44,488 nt of DNA from contig JBEKNX010000001.1 of NCBI GenBank assembly GCA_049522375.1, forward strand, positions 1 through 44,488, given 5' to 3'. The notes beneath the pieces are model-generated. The model was given only the letters and a program-made list of their open reading frames with translations. It made no database searches and was not told the origin of the DNA. This document shows, piece by piece, positions 16,494 to 25,243 of this stretch (its first letter is position 1; each line of letters begins with the position of its first letter). Both the position numbers and the translations under genes were made by a program. The DNA comes from Acidimicrobiales bacterium (GTDB lineage: Bacteria > Actinomycetota > Acidimicrobiia > Acidimicrobiales > Palsa-688).

Positions 16494-17918
16494 ATGGCCA
16501 AAGCCGACGTCCTCACGCCTCAAGCGACCGATTTTCCCCAGTGGTACCAGGACATCCTGGCCAAGGCGGAGCTGGCCGAGGGAGGGCCGGTGCGGGGCAC
16601 GATCGTCATCCGGCCGTACGGCTATGCCATCTGGGAGCGCATGCAGGCCGAGATCGACGCCCGCATCAAGGCGGCGGGAGCGCAAAACGCCTACTTCCCG
16701 TTGTTCATCCCCGAGAGCTACTTCCGGCGCGAAGCCCAACACGTAGAAGGCTTCAGCCCCGAGCTGGCCGTCGTCACCCACGGCGGGGGCAAGAAGCTGG
16801 AAGAGCCCGTAGTCGTCCGGCCGACCAGCGAGACGATCATCGACTCCTTCCTGGCCAAGTGGATCCAGAGCTACCGCGACCTGCCAATGCTTTTGAACCA
16901 ATGGGCCAACGTCGTGCGCTGGGAACTGCGGCCTCGGCTGTTCCTGCGGACAACCGAGTTCCTGTGGCAGGAGGGCCACACCGCCCACGCCACCGAGCGG
17001 GACGCCCACGAGTACGCCCTGCGCATCCTGCGCGACGTCTACGAGGACTTCATGGTCAACGTGCTCGCCATCCCCGTGGTGGTAGGGCGCAAGACGGCCC
17101 TGGAGCGCTTCGCCGGCGCCACCACCACGTGGAGCACCGAGGCCATGATGCGCGACGGCAAGGCGCTGCAGATGGGGACGAGCCACGAGCTCGGCCAGGG
17201 CTTCGCCAAGGCCTTCGACATAAGTTTCCTCGACCAGAGCGGCCAGAAGTCGTTCGTGTGGCAGACGTCGTGGGGAGCGTCGAGCCGCTTGATGGGAGCG
17301 CTCATCATGGCCCATGGAGACGACGCCGGGCTGCGCCTTCCCCCCCATCTGGCCCCGGTCCAGGTGGTCGTGCTGGCCGTGCGGACCGAGGACGGCGCCG
17401 GCGAGGCAGCCGCCCAGCTGGCCGCCGGGCTGCGGGCCGCCGGCATCCGAGTGGAACTGGACGCACGGACGGAGGTGGCCTTCGGCCGGCGGGCCGTGGG
17501 CTGGGAGCTGAAAGGCGTCCCCGTCCGCCTGGAGGTCGGCCCCCGGGACCTGGCCGCCGGGACCGTGGTGCTGTGCCGGCGGGACGACGCCACCAAAGCG
17601 CCGGTGCGCCTGGCCGACGTGGTGGACGAAGTGAAGAGGGTGCTCGAAGCCGCCCAGGCTTCCCTGATGGCCGAAGCCCGGACGATGCGCTCCGAGCGCA
17701 CGGTCGAGGTGAGCCGGCTCGAAGAGGCCGAAGAGGCCACGCAGTCCGGCTTTGCCGTGCTCCCGGGGTCGTTGCTGACGAGCGGGGACGGCAAGGGCGA
17801 GGAGCGGCTCAACGCCGCCGGGGTCAGCGTGCGAGCGCTGCACCGGCCCGACGGCTCCCTGCCCAGCCCCGACGAAGACGTCGCCGACCTGGTAGCGGTG
17901 GTGGCCCGGGCCTACTGA
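16494..17918 (+). CDS. proS: Proline--tRNA ligase (archaeal/eukaryote-like short form)
   Basis: FPQWYQDILAKAELAE, VRGTIVIRPYGYAIWE, VRPTSETII and FLWQEGHTAH are class II ProRS motifs. ATG 16494 is preferred over the upstream GTG 16467. Confidence 0.9.
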   Translation: MAKADVLTPQATDFPQWYQDILAKAELAEGGPVRGTIVIRPYGYAIWERMQAEIDARIKAAGAQNAYFPLFIPESYFRREAQHVEGFSPELAVVTHGGGKKLEEPVVVRPTSETIIDSFLAKWIQSYRDLPMLLNQWANVVRWELRPRLFLRTTEFLWQEGHTAHATERDAHEYALRILRDVYEDFMVNVLAIPVVVGRKTALERFAGATTTWSTEAMMRDGKALQMGTSHELGQGFAKAFDISFLDQSGQKSFVWQTSWGASSRLMGALIMAHGDDAGLRLPPHLAPVQVVVLAVRTEDGAGEAAAQLAAGLRAAGIRVELDARTEVAFGRRAVGWELKGVPVRLEVGPRDLAAGTVVLCRRDDATKAPVRLADVVDEVKRVLEAAQASLMAEARTMRSERTVEVSRLEEAEEATQSGFAVLPGSLLTSGDGKGEERLNAAGVSVRALHRPDGSLPSPDEDVADLVAVVARAY

Positions 17919-17954
17919 ACGGCGCTACCAGCATGGCGCCAGGGCCCGAGGCGA

Positions 17955-18449
17955 TCAGGCTCCCGATTTGAACCTGTACACGTTTGTCTGCCGGGCCTCG
18001 AAACCGACCTTCTGGTAGAGCCGGTTCGCCGCCTCACGCGATGGCCGGGACGTAAGGTCCACGGTTTGCGCGCCGAGTTCGCTGGCCAGTTCGAGGGCGG
18101 CCCGGGTGAGGGCCTCCCCCGCTCCTCGCCGGCCGGCGGAGCTGTCGACGACGACGTCCTCGATCCAGGCCCGGACGCCAGTAGGTATGCGAAAAACGAC
18201 GAGGGTGAGCATGCCCACTATGGGCCCCCGGCCACCGTCGCCCGCTGATCCCCGGGCCGGGACGTCCGCGCCCTCGATCTTGAGCTCGTCGTCCCGGGCC
18301 ACCAGGAGCGTGGTGGCCGGCGAGGTGACGATCTCCTCGATCTCGGCGTCGCTCAGGGCCGGGGCCGAAGATGAGAGCTGGGGTAACAGCCGATGGACAG
18401 CACTGACCAGTTCATCGGTCACTTGGCTTGCCGCGGAGACATGGACCAC
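17955..18449 (-). CDS. GNAT family N-acetyltransferase
   Basis: 164 aa with the acetyl-CoA motif [24 protein letters not shown] and C-terminal [10 protein letters not shown]. Confidence 0.8.
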   Translation of the reverse strand: MVHVSAASQVTDELVSAVHRLLPQLSSSAPALSDAEIEEIVTSPATTLLVARDDELKIEGADVPARGSAGDGGRGPIVGMLTLVVFRIPTGVRAWIEDVVVDSSAGRRGAGEALTRAALELASELGAQTVDLTSRPSREAANRLYQKVGFEARQTNVYRFKSGA

Positions 18450-18523
18450 ATGAAGAGCCTACGTGCGCCACCGGGCCACAACCGGGACCTTCGCCCGGAC
18501 CTTCGCCGGGACCTGGGCCGGGC

Positions 18524-19849
18524 ATGGCATTGTCGTCCCATGAGCAACAGGCGCTCCCGGCCGTGAGCGAGAGGAACGACTGGGCCGAGCTGCTGGCCTA
18601 TGACCGCGAATACGTCTGGCACCCCTACGCTCCCCTACCGGCATCGTTGGCGCCTTTACCAGTTGTCTCGGCGTCGGGCGTGCGCCTGCGCCTGGCCGAC
18701 GGGCGCGAGCTGGTGGACGCCATGTCCTCGTGGTGGACGGCGATATGGGGCTACCGTCACCCCGTCCTCGACGCCGGTGTGCGCCAGCAACTGGACAGCA
18801 TGGCCCATGTCATGTTCGGGGGCCTCACCCACGCTCCTGCCATCGAGCTGGCCCAACGCCTGGCGGCCATCGCCCCGACGGGCCTCGACCACGTTTTCTT
18901 CGCCGACACCGGGTCCGTCTCGGTGGAGGTCGCCATGAAGACGTGCGTCCAGTACCAGGGGAACACGGGGCGGCCCCAACGGACCAGGTTCCTGGCCCTG
19001 GCCGGCGGCTACCACGGCGACACCCTGGGGGCGATGTCGGTCTGCGACCCGCTGGGCGGGATGCACCACCTGTTCGGCGGCGCCCTGCCCCATCAGATCT
19101 TCGCTCGCCGCCCTCCGCCGGGCGAAGGCGTCGACCTCGGCTGGGAAACCCACGTGCGCGAACTGGCCCGTCGCCACAGCCATGAGATCGCCGCCGTCGT
19201 GGCCGAGCCGGTCGTCCAGGGGGCCGGGGGCATGTGGTTCTACGACCCCGGGTACGTGCGCGTCCTGCGCGAGGTCGCGGACGAGCACGGCTTCCTGCTC
19301 CTCCTCGACGAGATCGCCACCGGTTTCGGCCGCACTGGGGCCCTGTTCGCCTCGGAGGCGACCGGCGTCGCCCCCGACCTGATGTGCGTGGGCAAGGCCC
19401 TGACCGGCGGTTATCTGACGCAGTCCGCCATGCTGTGCACAGCCGAGGTGGCGCGGGTGGTCTCGGGGGGGGAAGCGGGGTGCTTGATGCACGGGCCGAC
19501 GTTCATGGCCAACCCGCTGGCATGTTCGGTCGCCCTGGCTTCCCTTGGGCTACTCGCCTCCGGCCAGTGGCAGCTGGACGTGAGGCGGATCGAAGCGGGC
19601 CTGAAGTCGCTGCTGGCGCCGGCTCGCGCCCGGCGCGGCGTCAAGGACGTCCGGGTACTGGGCGCCATCGGCGTCATCGAGCTCGACCACCCCGTCGACG
19701 TGGCCGCCGCCACCGAGGCGGCCGTCTCCCGGGGAGTGTGGATCCGCCCGTTCCGGGACCTCATCTACACGATGCCGCCCTACGTGACCGCCGACGACGA
19801 CCTGGCCACCATCGGCGAGGCCATGCTGGCGGCCGCCGCCGCCAGCTGA
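18524..19849 (+). CDS. bioA: Adenosylmethionine-8-amino-7-oxononanoate aminotransferase
   Basis: [49 protein letters not shown] and [10 protein letters not shown] are class III aminotransferase/BioA signatures. ATG 18524 is chosen inside ORF 18428..19849. Confidence 0.85.
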   Translation: MALSSHEQQALPAVSERNDWAELLAYDREYVWHPYAPLPASLAPLPVVSASGVRLRLADGRELVDAMSSWWTAIWGYRHPVLDAGVRQQLDSMAHVMFGGLTHAPAIELAQRLAAIAPTGLDHVFFADTGSVSVEVAMKTCVQYQGNTGRPQRTRFLALAGGYHGDTLGAMSVCDPLGGMHHLFGGALPHQIFARRPPPGEGVDLGWETHVRELARRHSHEIAAVVAEPVVQGAGGMWFYDPGYVRVLREVADEHGFLLLLDEIATGFGRTGALFASEATGVAPDLMCVGKALTGGYLTQSAMLCTAEVARVVSGGEAGCLMHGPTFMANPLACSVALASLGLLASGQWQLDVRRIEAGLKSLLAPARARRGVKDVRVLGAIGVIELDHPVDVAAATEAAVSRGVWIRPFRDLIYTMPPYVTADDDLATIGEAMLAAAAAS

Positions 19850-19860
19850 GCAGGCGTCGG

Positions 19861-19920
19861 CCGGGAGCTCTGTGGACTAACTGTCGGAAGCCGGGAGCTC
19901 TGTGGACTAACTGTCGGAAA
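19861..19920. repeat. 30-bp tandem duplication in a convergent intergenic region
   Basis: ccgggagctctgtggactaactgtcggaa(g/a) occurs twice back to back (19861-19890 and 19891-19920), 29/30 identical. Confidence 0.9.
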
Positions 19921-20177
19921 ACAGAAGGAAATGGACAACACGCCGCCCTCAGGCAAGGAACTGCGAAAATCGAGGGCCCTAACGGGGGGGGTAACAGGGA
20001 GTTACGCGCAAGTACAGGCGGAGGGACGGTGTCAGGACTTCTATCCGGCCCCACTGGCGGGCACGGCTCTGCGGGACGTCGTAAAGGGCGGGCCGGGCGT
20101 CAGCTTCGGCTGACAAAAACGCGAAAAAGACCCGCCTTCCTCTCCGCTAGGCCTGGGAGCAAGGCCCGGGCGGACGG

Positions 20178-21593
20178 CTAGCGGGAGACATCGGCCAGGT
20201 CCTTGAGCAACGCCGGCCCCATGAAGACCAGGAGCACCGCCAGCAACACGCCGGCCGTGAGCATGGCGGCGGGGACGTTGAAGACGGACGCGATGGCGCC
20301 GCCCAGCACCGCCCCGGCCGGCGCCGCCACCCCGACGGCCAAACGGTGGACGCCTCCGACACGACCGAACGCTTTGCGGGGGATGAGGCGCTGACGGGTG
20401 GTCACCGAGCCCACGTTGGAGACGGCCACGCCGATCTCCTGCAGACCGAAAACGAACACGGCGAGGACGGCTGAGCGGGTGAAGGAGAGACCGACGTAGC
20501 TCAACGTGGCCAGCACGGCCCCGCCCACGATCAACCGGCCGGGCCCGAACCGGCGCTGCAACCTCCCGCCGGAGAAGGCGCCGATGACGCCGACCAGCGA
20601 CGCCGCCGCCAGGAACACGCCGTACCCGGTGTTGCTCAAGTGCAAGGTCCGCTTCCCGTACACCACCAGCAGGGCGAGCACCATGTTCTGGGAGAACGCC
20701 AGCACGGCGACCGTTGCCGCCAGGAGCTTGAGGGAGCGCTGCTGGCGGAACAGCTCCAGGCCGTGGCGGAGGTCCGTCCCCAAGCCGGACCGGTGCAGGC
20801 CGCGCCCGCTCCGGCGTCCGCCTGAGGCCCGGTTACGGCCCTCCCGTCCGCGCCCGGCGGCGTTGGCCGGAGCGGGGACAGGGGCGGCGGCGTGACGGGC
20901 TGGGCGGCCGTAGCGCTGCAAGCTGGCCCGCACCAGGACGGCGGACACAAAGAAGCTGGCCGCGTCGGCCAGGAAGGGCAGCCGCCGGGCGAGCGAGAAC
21001 AGCAGGCCGCCCACGCCGGGGCCCAGGAGCTGCTCACCGGCGCCCTCGACCGCCACCAGGCGCCCATTGCCGAGGGCGAGTTGGTCGGGCGCGGGCACGA
21101 CGTCAGGTACAGATGCCTGCAAGGCCAGGGTGTAGGCGACGTCGCAGACGGCGATAACCACCGCCACCAGGTACACCATGACCAGGTCAGCCGAACCGAG
21201 CGTCATGGCCGCCACCAGTCCGGTCAGGGCCACGCCCGAGACCAGGTTGCAGGCGACCATCATCCGGTGGCGGTCCATGCGGTCGGCCAGCAGGCCGGCC
21301 GGCAATGCCGCAATTGCCGCCCCGGCCCTATTTGCCGCGGTCACGCCGGCGATGACGAGGGGGCTGCGGGTAAGCGTGATCGTCAATAGCGGTAATGCGA
21401 CGGCAACAAGTCCGTCGCCGCTGCCGGAGATACCCGTCGCCCACCAGAGACGCCAAAACGACGTCCCTAACGGACGCCGGGGCTGGGGCGCTTCCGCCGT
21501 CGAAGGTACTTCAACAGAGTCGTCGGGAGGCCTGGGTGGGCCATTATCGGGCGCGCCGCCAATATCCCGCGTCACCCGTCCAACTGAGGTCAA
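20178..21593 (-). CDS. MFS transporter (EntS/MFS_3-like)
   Basis: 471 aa. TTG start preceded by GGAGG. FWRLWWATGISGSGDGL and LLADRMDRHRMM motifs and about 12 hydrophobic segments, with a long central Arg/Gly-rich loop. Confidence 0.8.
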   Translation of the reverse strand: MTSVGRVTRDIGGAPDNGPPRPPDDSVEVPSTAEAPQPRRPLGTSFWRLWWATGISGSGDGLVAVALPLLTITLTRSPLVIAGVTAANRAGAAIAALPAGLLADRMDRHRMMVACNLVSGVALTGLVAAMTLGSADLVMVYLVAVVIAVCDVAYTLALQASVPDVVPAPDQLALGNGRLVAVEGAGEQLLGPGVGGLLFSLARRLPFLADAASFFVSAVLVRASLQRYGRPARHAAAPVPAPANAAGRGREGRNRASGGRRSGRGLHRSGLGTDLRHGLELFRQQRSLKLLAATVAVLAFSQNMVLALLVVYGKRTLHLSNTGYGVFLAAASLVGVIGAFSGGRLQRRFGPGRLIVGGAVLATLSYVGLSFTRSAVLAVFVFGLQEIGVAVSNVGSVTTRQRLIPRKAFGRVGGVHRLAVGVAAPAGAVLGGAIASVFNVPAAMLTAGVLLAVLLVFMGPALLKDLADVSR

Positions 21594-21754
21594 CCAACAC
21601 CTCCCCCGACTGCCAGGTCCGACTACGCCCCGACCGAATAGACGGGCGTCAGGTCGATCCGAAGGCTACCAGGGTCGCGCTCGCACCAGGGTGGATGCTC
21701 TCAGGTGCGCCAGTAGGGGTGCCAGCGAGTTTCGCCCAATAGCGTCTGGCTCCC

Positions 21755-21826
21755 TTTTGTGCCGCTTCGTTTTTCAGTCAGCCCCGAAACCACGGAGGGA
21801 CATTGGCACCCCCTTTCGGCACAAAA
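21755..21826. repeat. 10-bp perfect inverted repeat pair in the MFS / GGDEF-EAL divergent region
   Basis: ttttgtgccg (21755-21764) and cggcacaaaa (21817-21826) are separated by 52 nt. Confidence 0.7.
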
Positions 21827-22045
21827 CCACGAAATGATGGTTGGCCATATTCAGATTCTTCCCCATCTATGGGCTTTGTGTCCAGAGAAATCGCAAAACG
21901 AGAAGATCATGCCGGTTTGACCGGCCGAATGTCACTGTGCGTGGCCGTTTACAGGTCTGGGCCCGGCCGCTAACATTGTCTGAAGTTCGAGGTGGGCACC
22001 TGTCGAGTTCTTGGGCCGGCTGTCCCATCTCCGGAACGAGGCCGT

Positions 22046-22090
22046 TGAGCACGCAAGGACTGAGCACGCAAGGACTGAGCACGCAAGAAC
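22046..22090. repeat. 15-bp tandem repeat x3 (tgagcacgcaaggac)
   Basis: Units at 22046, 22061 and 22076; the third reads tgagcacgcaagaac. The array lies either in the 5' UTR or in an N-terminal extension (LSTQG x3) of the GGDEF-EAL gene. Confidence 0.85.
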
Positions 22091-22131
22091 AGGGGACAAC
22101 TAAGCCCGAGGGGCGCACGGGTCAGCTTTCG

Positions 22132-24711
22132 GTGGTGCGCGCCCTGGTGCTGGCCAGCCTCCTGGCCGCCGGCACCGCCCTGCTCTACGTCACCGAGCTA
22201 CAGGGCCTTAAGCCAGCCGGTGGCGACCGCCCCGAGCTGTGGGTCGTGGTGGCGCTGGGCATCTGGGCCTCCTTCGCCCAACCTGTCCCCGTCCGCAACC
22301 GCCAGTCCAGCCTGTCCATCGCCCTGTCGGAGATCCCGGCGCTGGTCGGCGTGGTGTTCTTGGCCCCGGGCCCGGCATTGCTGGCCATCTCGTGCGGCCA
22401 CCTCGGCGCCAGCGTCCAGCGCCGCCTGCCGCCCATCAAGGCCCTCACCAACTGGCTCCTCTACCTGGCCGGCGTGGCCCTGGGGATCCTGGCCTACGAC
22501 AAGACCATCGGGGGTTACTCCCCCACCAGCGCCCACGGCTGGGCGGTGACCTTGTTGACCATCACCCTGATCAACGCCGTCGACCTCTGCCTCCTGCTGG
22601 TGCTCATGGCGGCGGTGGACCCTCGTTGGCGACGCCCGCCGCTGCGCAGCATCGGCATCCAGGGCGGGGCCGGCGTGGCCGTGTGCTCGGCCGGGGGCCT
22701 GGTGGCGGTGTCCTTGATCTGGGCCAACACCTGGGGGGTGGTGCTGTTCATCGCCATCGCCGTCGCCGCCAACCTGGCCTACCGCGGCACCATGATGTCG
22801 GGCCAGCGCTACGCCAACCTGGAGAAGCTCTACGAGTTCACCCGCACCCTCGGTTCGCTGGTGGAGGCGGACGACGTCATCGCTACCGTCCTCGACGAGG
22901 CCCGCACCCTGGTGTCCGCCGGTTCCGCCGAGCTCGTGGTCCCCCTGGGAGCACCGGACGACCAGCTCGCCCTGCGCTGCACATTGACGAGCGACGGGCC
23001 TCCCGAGGTCGAGCAACGCTCTGCTCTTTCTCCTCTCGACAGCCTCGCCTGCCAGCGGGGCGCACTGATGTTCGGGGACGGTTCCCGGGCGGACGAAGAC
23101 CTCGCCGTGGCCATGGCCGAGCGGGGGCTCAAAGAGGCGATGATCGCCCCTCTCCAGCGGGCCGACCCCGGGGCCGGTTACCTGCTGGTCACTAACCGGG
23201 CCTTCCGCCACGAGGGCTTCAAGCCCGCCGACCTGCGCTTCTTTGAGGCGCTCGCTGCCAATGCAGGCGTGGCCCTGCGCAGCAGCAAGCTCCTCGAGCA
23301 ACTACGCCAGGAGGCCGCCGTCCGCCAGTACCAGGCGCAGCACGATGCGTTGACGGGCTTGCCCAACCGGGCGCTGTTCGTCGAGCAGCTGGAGGAGGCC
23401 CTCGTCCAGTCCCCGGCCGAGGGCCGGGTGGCGGTGATGCTGATCGACCTGGACGGCTTCAAAGAAGTCAACGACACCCTCGGCCACCACACAGGAGACG
23501 CCGTGCTGCAGGCGGTCGCCCAGAGGCTGGCCCCATTGAGCGCGCCGAACAACCTGGTCGCCCGCCTGGGAGGCGACGAGTTCTCCGTGCTCCTGCGCAG
23601 TGCCCCCGAGGAGGAGACGATCGCCGTGCTGGCGGACCAGGTCATGGACCTGATCGGCGAGCCCATCGGCGTCGAGGGCCTGCTGCTCGACGTGAGGGCG
23701 AGCCTCGGGGTGGCCGTCTCGCCCGCGCTCAGCCAGGACGCCAGTGGCTTGCTGAGCCACGCCGACATCGCCATGTACGCGGCCAAGGGGTCGGGGGGCG
23801 GGCCTCACTTCTACGACCGGGCCGAAGACCATTCGACCTTGAGACGCCTCCGGCTCGCCACCGAACTGCGCCGCGCCATCGAAGGCAACGACCTCGACGT
23901 CTGGTACCAGCCCGTCATTCAGTTGGACACCGGGGCCGTCGTGAGCTGCGAGGCTCTGCTGCGCTGGAGCCATGACCAGTTCGGGCCGATCTCCCCCGTC
24001 GAGTTCATCCCCGTGGCCGAGAGCGCCGGCCTGATCGACCAGCTCACCTGGTGGGTGCTGGAAACGGCCCTGCTGCAGGCCAGGGCGTGGCGGGAGACGT
24101 TCCCGGGCCTCAACGTGGCGGTAAACCTCTCCGCCCGGAGCCTCATGAGCCTGGACATATCCCTGCGGGTCGACCAGGCGCTGCGTTCCGCCGCCCTGGC
24201 CCCGACGGCCCTGACCCTGGAGCTCACCGAGTCGTCGGCCATGGCCGACCCGCAGAGCTCGGAGCGGGCGCTGCGCGACCTGCAAGCCCTGGGCGTCAAC
24301 CTGTCCATCGACGACTACGGCACCGGCTTTTCATCGCTCAGCCGGCTCAAGCACCTTCCGTTCCAGGAGCTCAAGATCGACCGGTCGTTCGTCAGGGAGA
24401 TGATCTACGACCGGGGCGACGAGGCCATAGTCCGTTCGACCATAGAGCTCGCCCGTAACCTGGGCCGCACCGTCACCGCCGAGGGCGTGGAGGACCAGGC
24501 CACCCTGCAACACCTCCAGAGCCTCGGCTGCCACGCCGCTCAGGGCTTCTTCCTGGCCCGGCCCCTCCCCGCCCCCCAGTGCGAAGCCTGGCTCCTGGCC
24601 GCGTCGGACGCCCTGCGCACCACCCTGCGGGTACCGCGTCTGGGCGAGCGGGGCCTGGGCGAGCGGGGCGCCAAGGCCCCTCCCCGCAACGGGCAAGCCC
24701 GCAACAGTTGA
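22132..24711 (+). CDS. Membrane-anchored GAF-GGDEF-EAL protein (c-di-GMP synthase/phosphodiesterase)
   Basis: Multiple N-terminal hydrophobic segments, a GAF-like region, an intact RLGGDEFSVLL (GGDEF) motif, and an intact CEALLRW (EAL) motif plus DDYGTGFSSLSRL. Start uncertain: GTG 22132/22135 or TTG 22045. The first roughly 90 codons of the listed ORF (from 21841) look non-coding. Confidence 0.85.
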   Translation: MVRALVLASLLAAGTALLYVTELQGLKPAGGDRPELWVVVALGIWASFAQPVPVRNRQSSLSIALSEIPALVGVVFLAPGPALLAISCGHLGASVQRRLPPIKALTNWLLYLAGVALGILAYDKTIGGYSPTSAHGWAVTLLTITLINAVDLCLLLVLMAAVDPRWRRPPLRSIGIQGGAGVAVCSAGGLVAVSLIWANTWGVVLFIAIAVAANLAYRGTMMSGQRYANLEKLYEFTRTLGSLVEADDVIATVLDEARTLVSAGSAELVVPLGAPDDQLALRCTLTSDGPPEVEQRSALSPLDSLACQRGALMFGDGSRADEDLAVAMAERGLKEAMIAPLQRADPGAGYLLVTNRAFRHEGFKPADLRFFEALAANAGVALRSSKLLEQLRQEAAVRQYQAQHDALTGLPNRALFVEQLEEALVQSPAEGRVAVMLIDLDGFKEVNDTLGHHTGDAVLQAVAQRLAPLSAPNNLVARLGGDEFSVLLRSAPEEETIAVLADQVMDLIGEPIGVEGLLLDVRASLGVAVSPALSQDASGLLSHADIAMYAAKGSGGGPHFYDRAEDHSTLRRLRLATELRRAIEGNDLDVWYQPVIQLDTGAVVSCEALLRWSHDQFGPISPVEFIPVAESAGLIDQLTWWVLETALLQARAWRETFPGLNVAVNLSARSLMSLDISLRVDQALRSAALAPTALTLELTESSAMADPQSSERALRDLQALGVNLSIDDYGTGFSSLSRLKHLPFQELKIDRSFVREMIYDRGDEAIVRSTIELARNLGRTVTAEGVEDQATLQHLQSLGCHAAQGFFLARPLPAPQCEAWLLAASDALRTTLRVPRLGERGLGERGAKAPPRNGQARNS

Positions 24712-24715
24712 GCCG

Positions 24716-25225
24716 TTACTTGGGGAACGGCTTCTCGCTGTAGACCACCGTGCGCTCCATGTCCTTGGGGGCCTTGCCGGTGATGTGCACCACCAGCTTC
24801 TCGAACAGCCATCCCGCCGGTGTTTTCACCGGGTCGCTGAGGGTGAAGTTCGCCGCCGTCTTGTCCCAGGTCTTGCTGGCCGCACAGTAGGGGACGCAGG
24901 TGTTCCAGGTGTCGGTGCCGCGGGCGTAAGCGCCAGCGGCCGTCCACTTCGTCCAGACGAGCTTTACAGCTTGGTCGTTGGCGTCGGCGCAGGCCAGGAT
25001 GAGCGAGGCCGGCCGCACCTCGGGTTTGCCGAGGCCGCAGTCTTCCACCGCCGGCTTGGCTTTGGTGCCCATAGTCGTGGCCGGCGTCGCCATGGGCGCC
25101 CGGGCCGGCTGGGCCTGGGCCAGGCCGGAGGTGACGGCGCCGGCGATGGCGAGGGTGGCGACGGCGGCGCTGGTCCGGCGCCAGGGTGAGGAGCTCATGG
25201 TTCGCACACTGTACAAGACGCTCAT
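24716..25225 (-). CDS. Secreted hypothetical protein (Cys-containing, signal peptide)
   Basis: 169 aa. GGAGG lies 6 nt upstream of ATG 25225. It has a WRRTSAAVATLAIAGAVTSGLAQA signal-like N-terminus and four Cys in the mature part. No family recognised. Confidence 0.55.
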   Translation of the reverse strand: MSVLYSVRTMSSSPWRRTSAAVATLAIAGAVTSGLAQAQPARAPMATPATTMGTKAKPAVEDCGLGKPEVRPASLILACADANDQAVKLVWTKWTAAGAYARGTDTWNTCVPYCAASKTWDKTAANFTLSDPVKTPAGWLFEKLVVHITGKAPKDMERTVVYSEKPFPK

Positions 25226-25243
25226 AGACGACCTCCGGTTCCT

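Noticed and set aside
19931-20113. 60-aa ORF (MDNTPPSGKELRKS...) in the bioA/MFS spacer, considered as a small protein gene.
   Set aside because: No family is recognised, the GGA-to-ATG spacing is too short for a good SD, and the ORF ends inside a hairpin. It is kept only as part of the intergenic finding, not as a feature.
22046-22090. Possible c-di-GMP (GEMM-I) riboswitch, suggested by ACGCAAGG resembling the conserved ACGCAAAGC segment and by the downstream GGDEF-EAL gene.
   Set aside because: The similarity is a single short motif that is simply reiterated by the tandem repeat. I could not find the paired P1/P2 helices or the GNRA tetraloop-receptor features.
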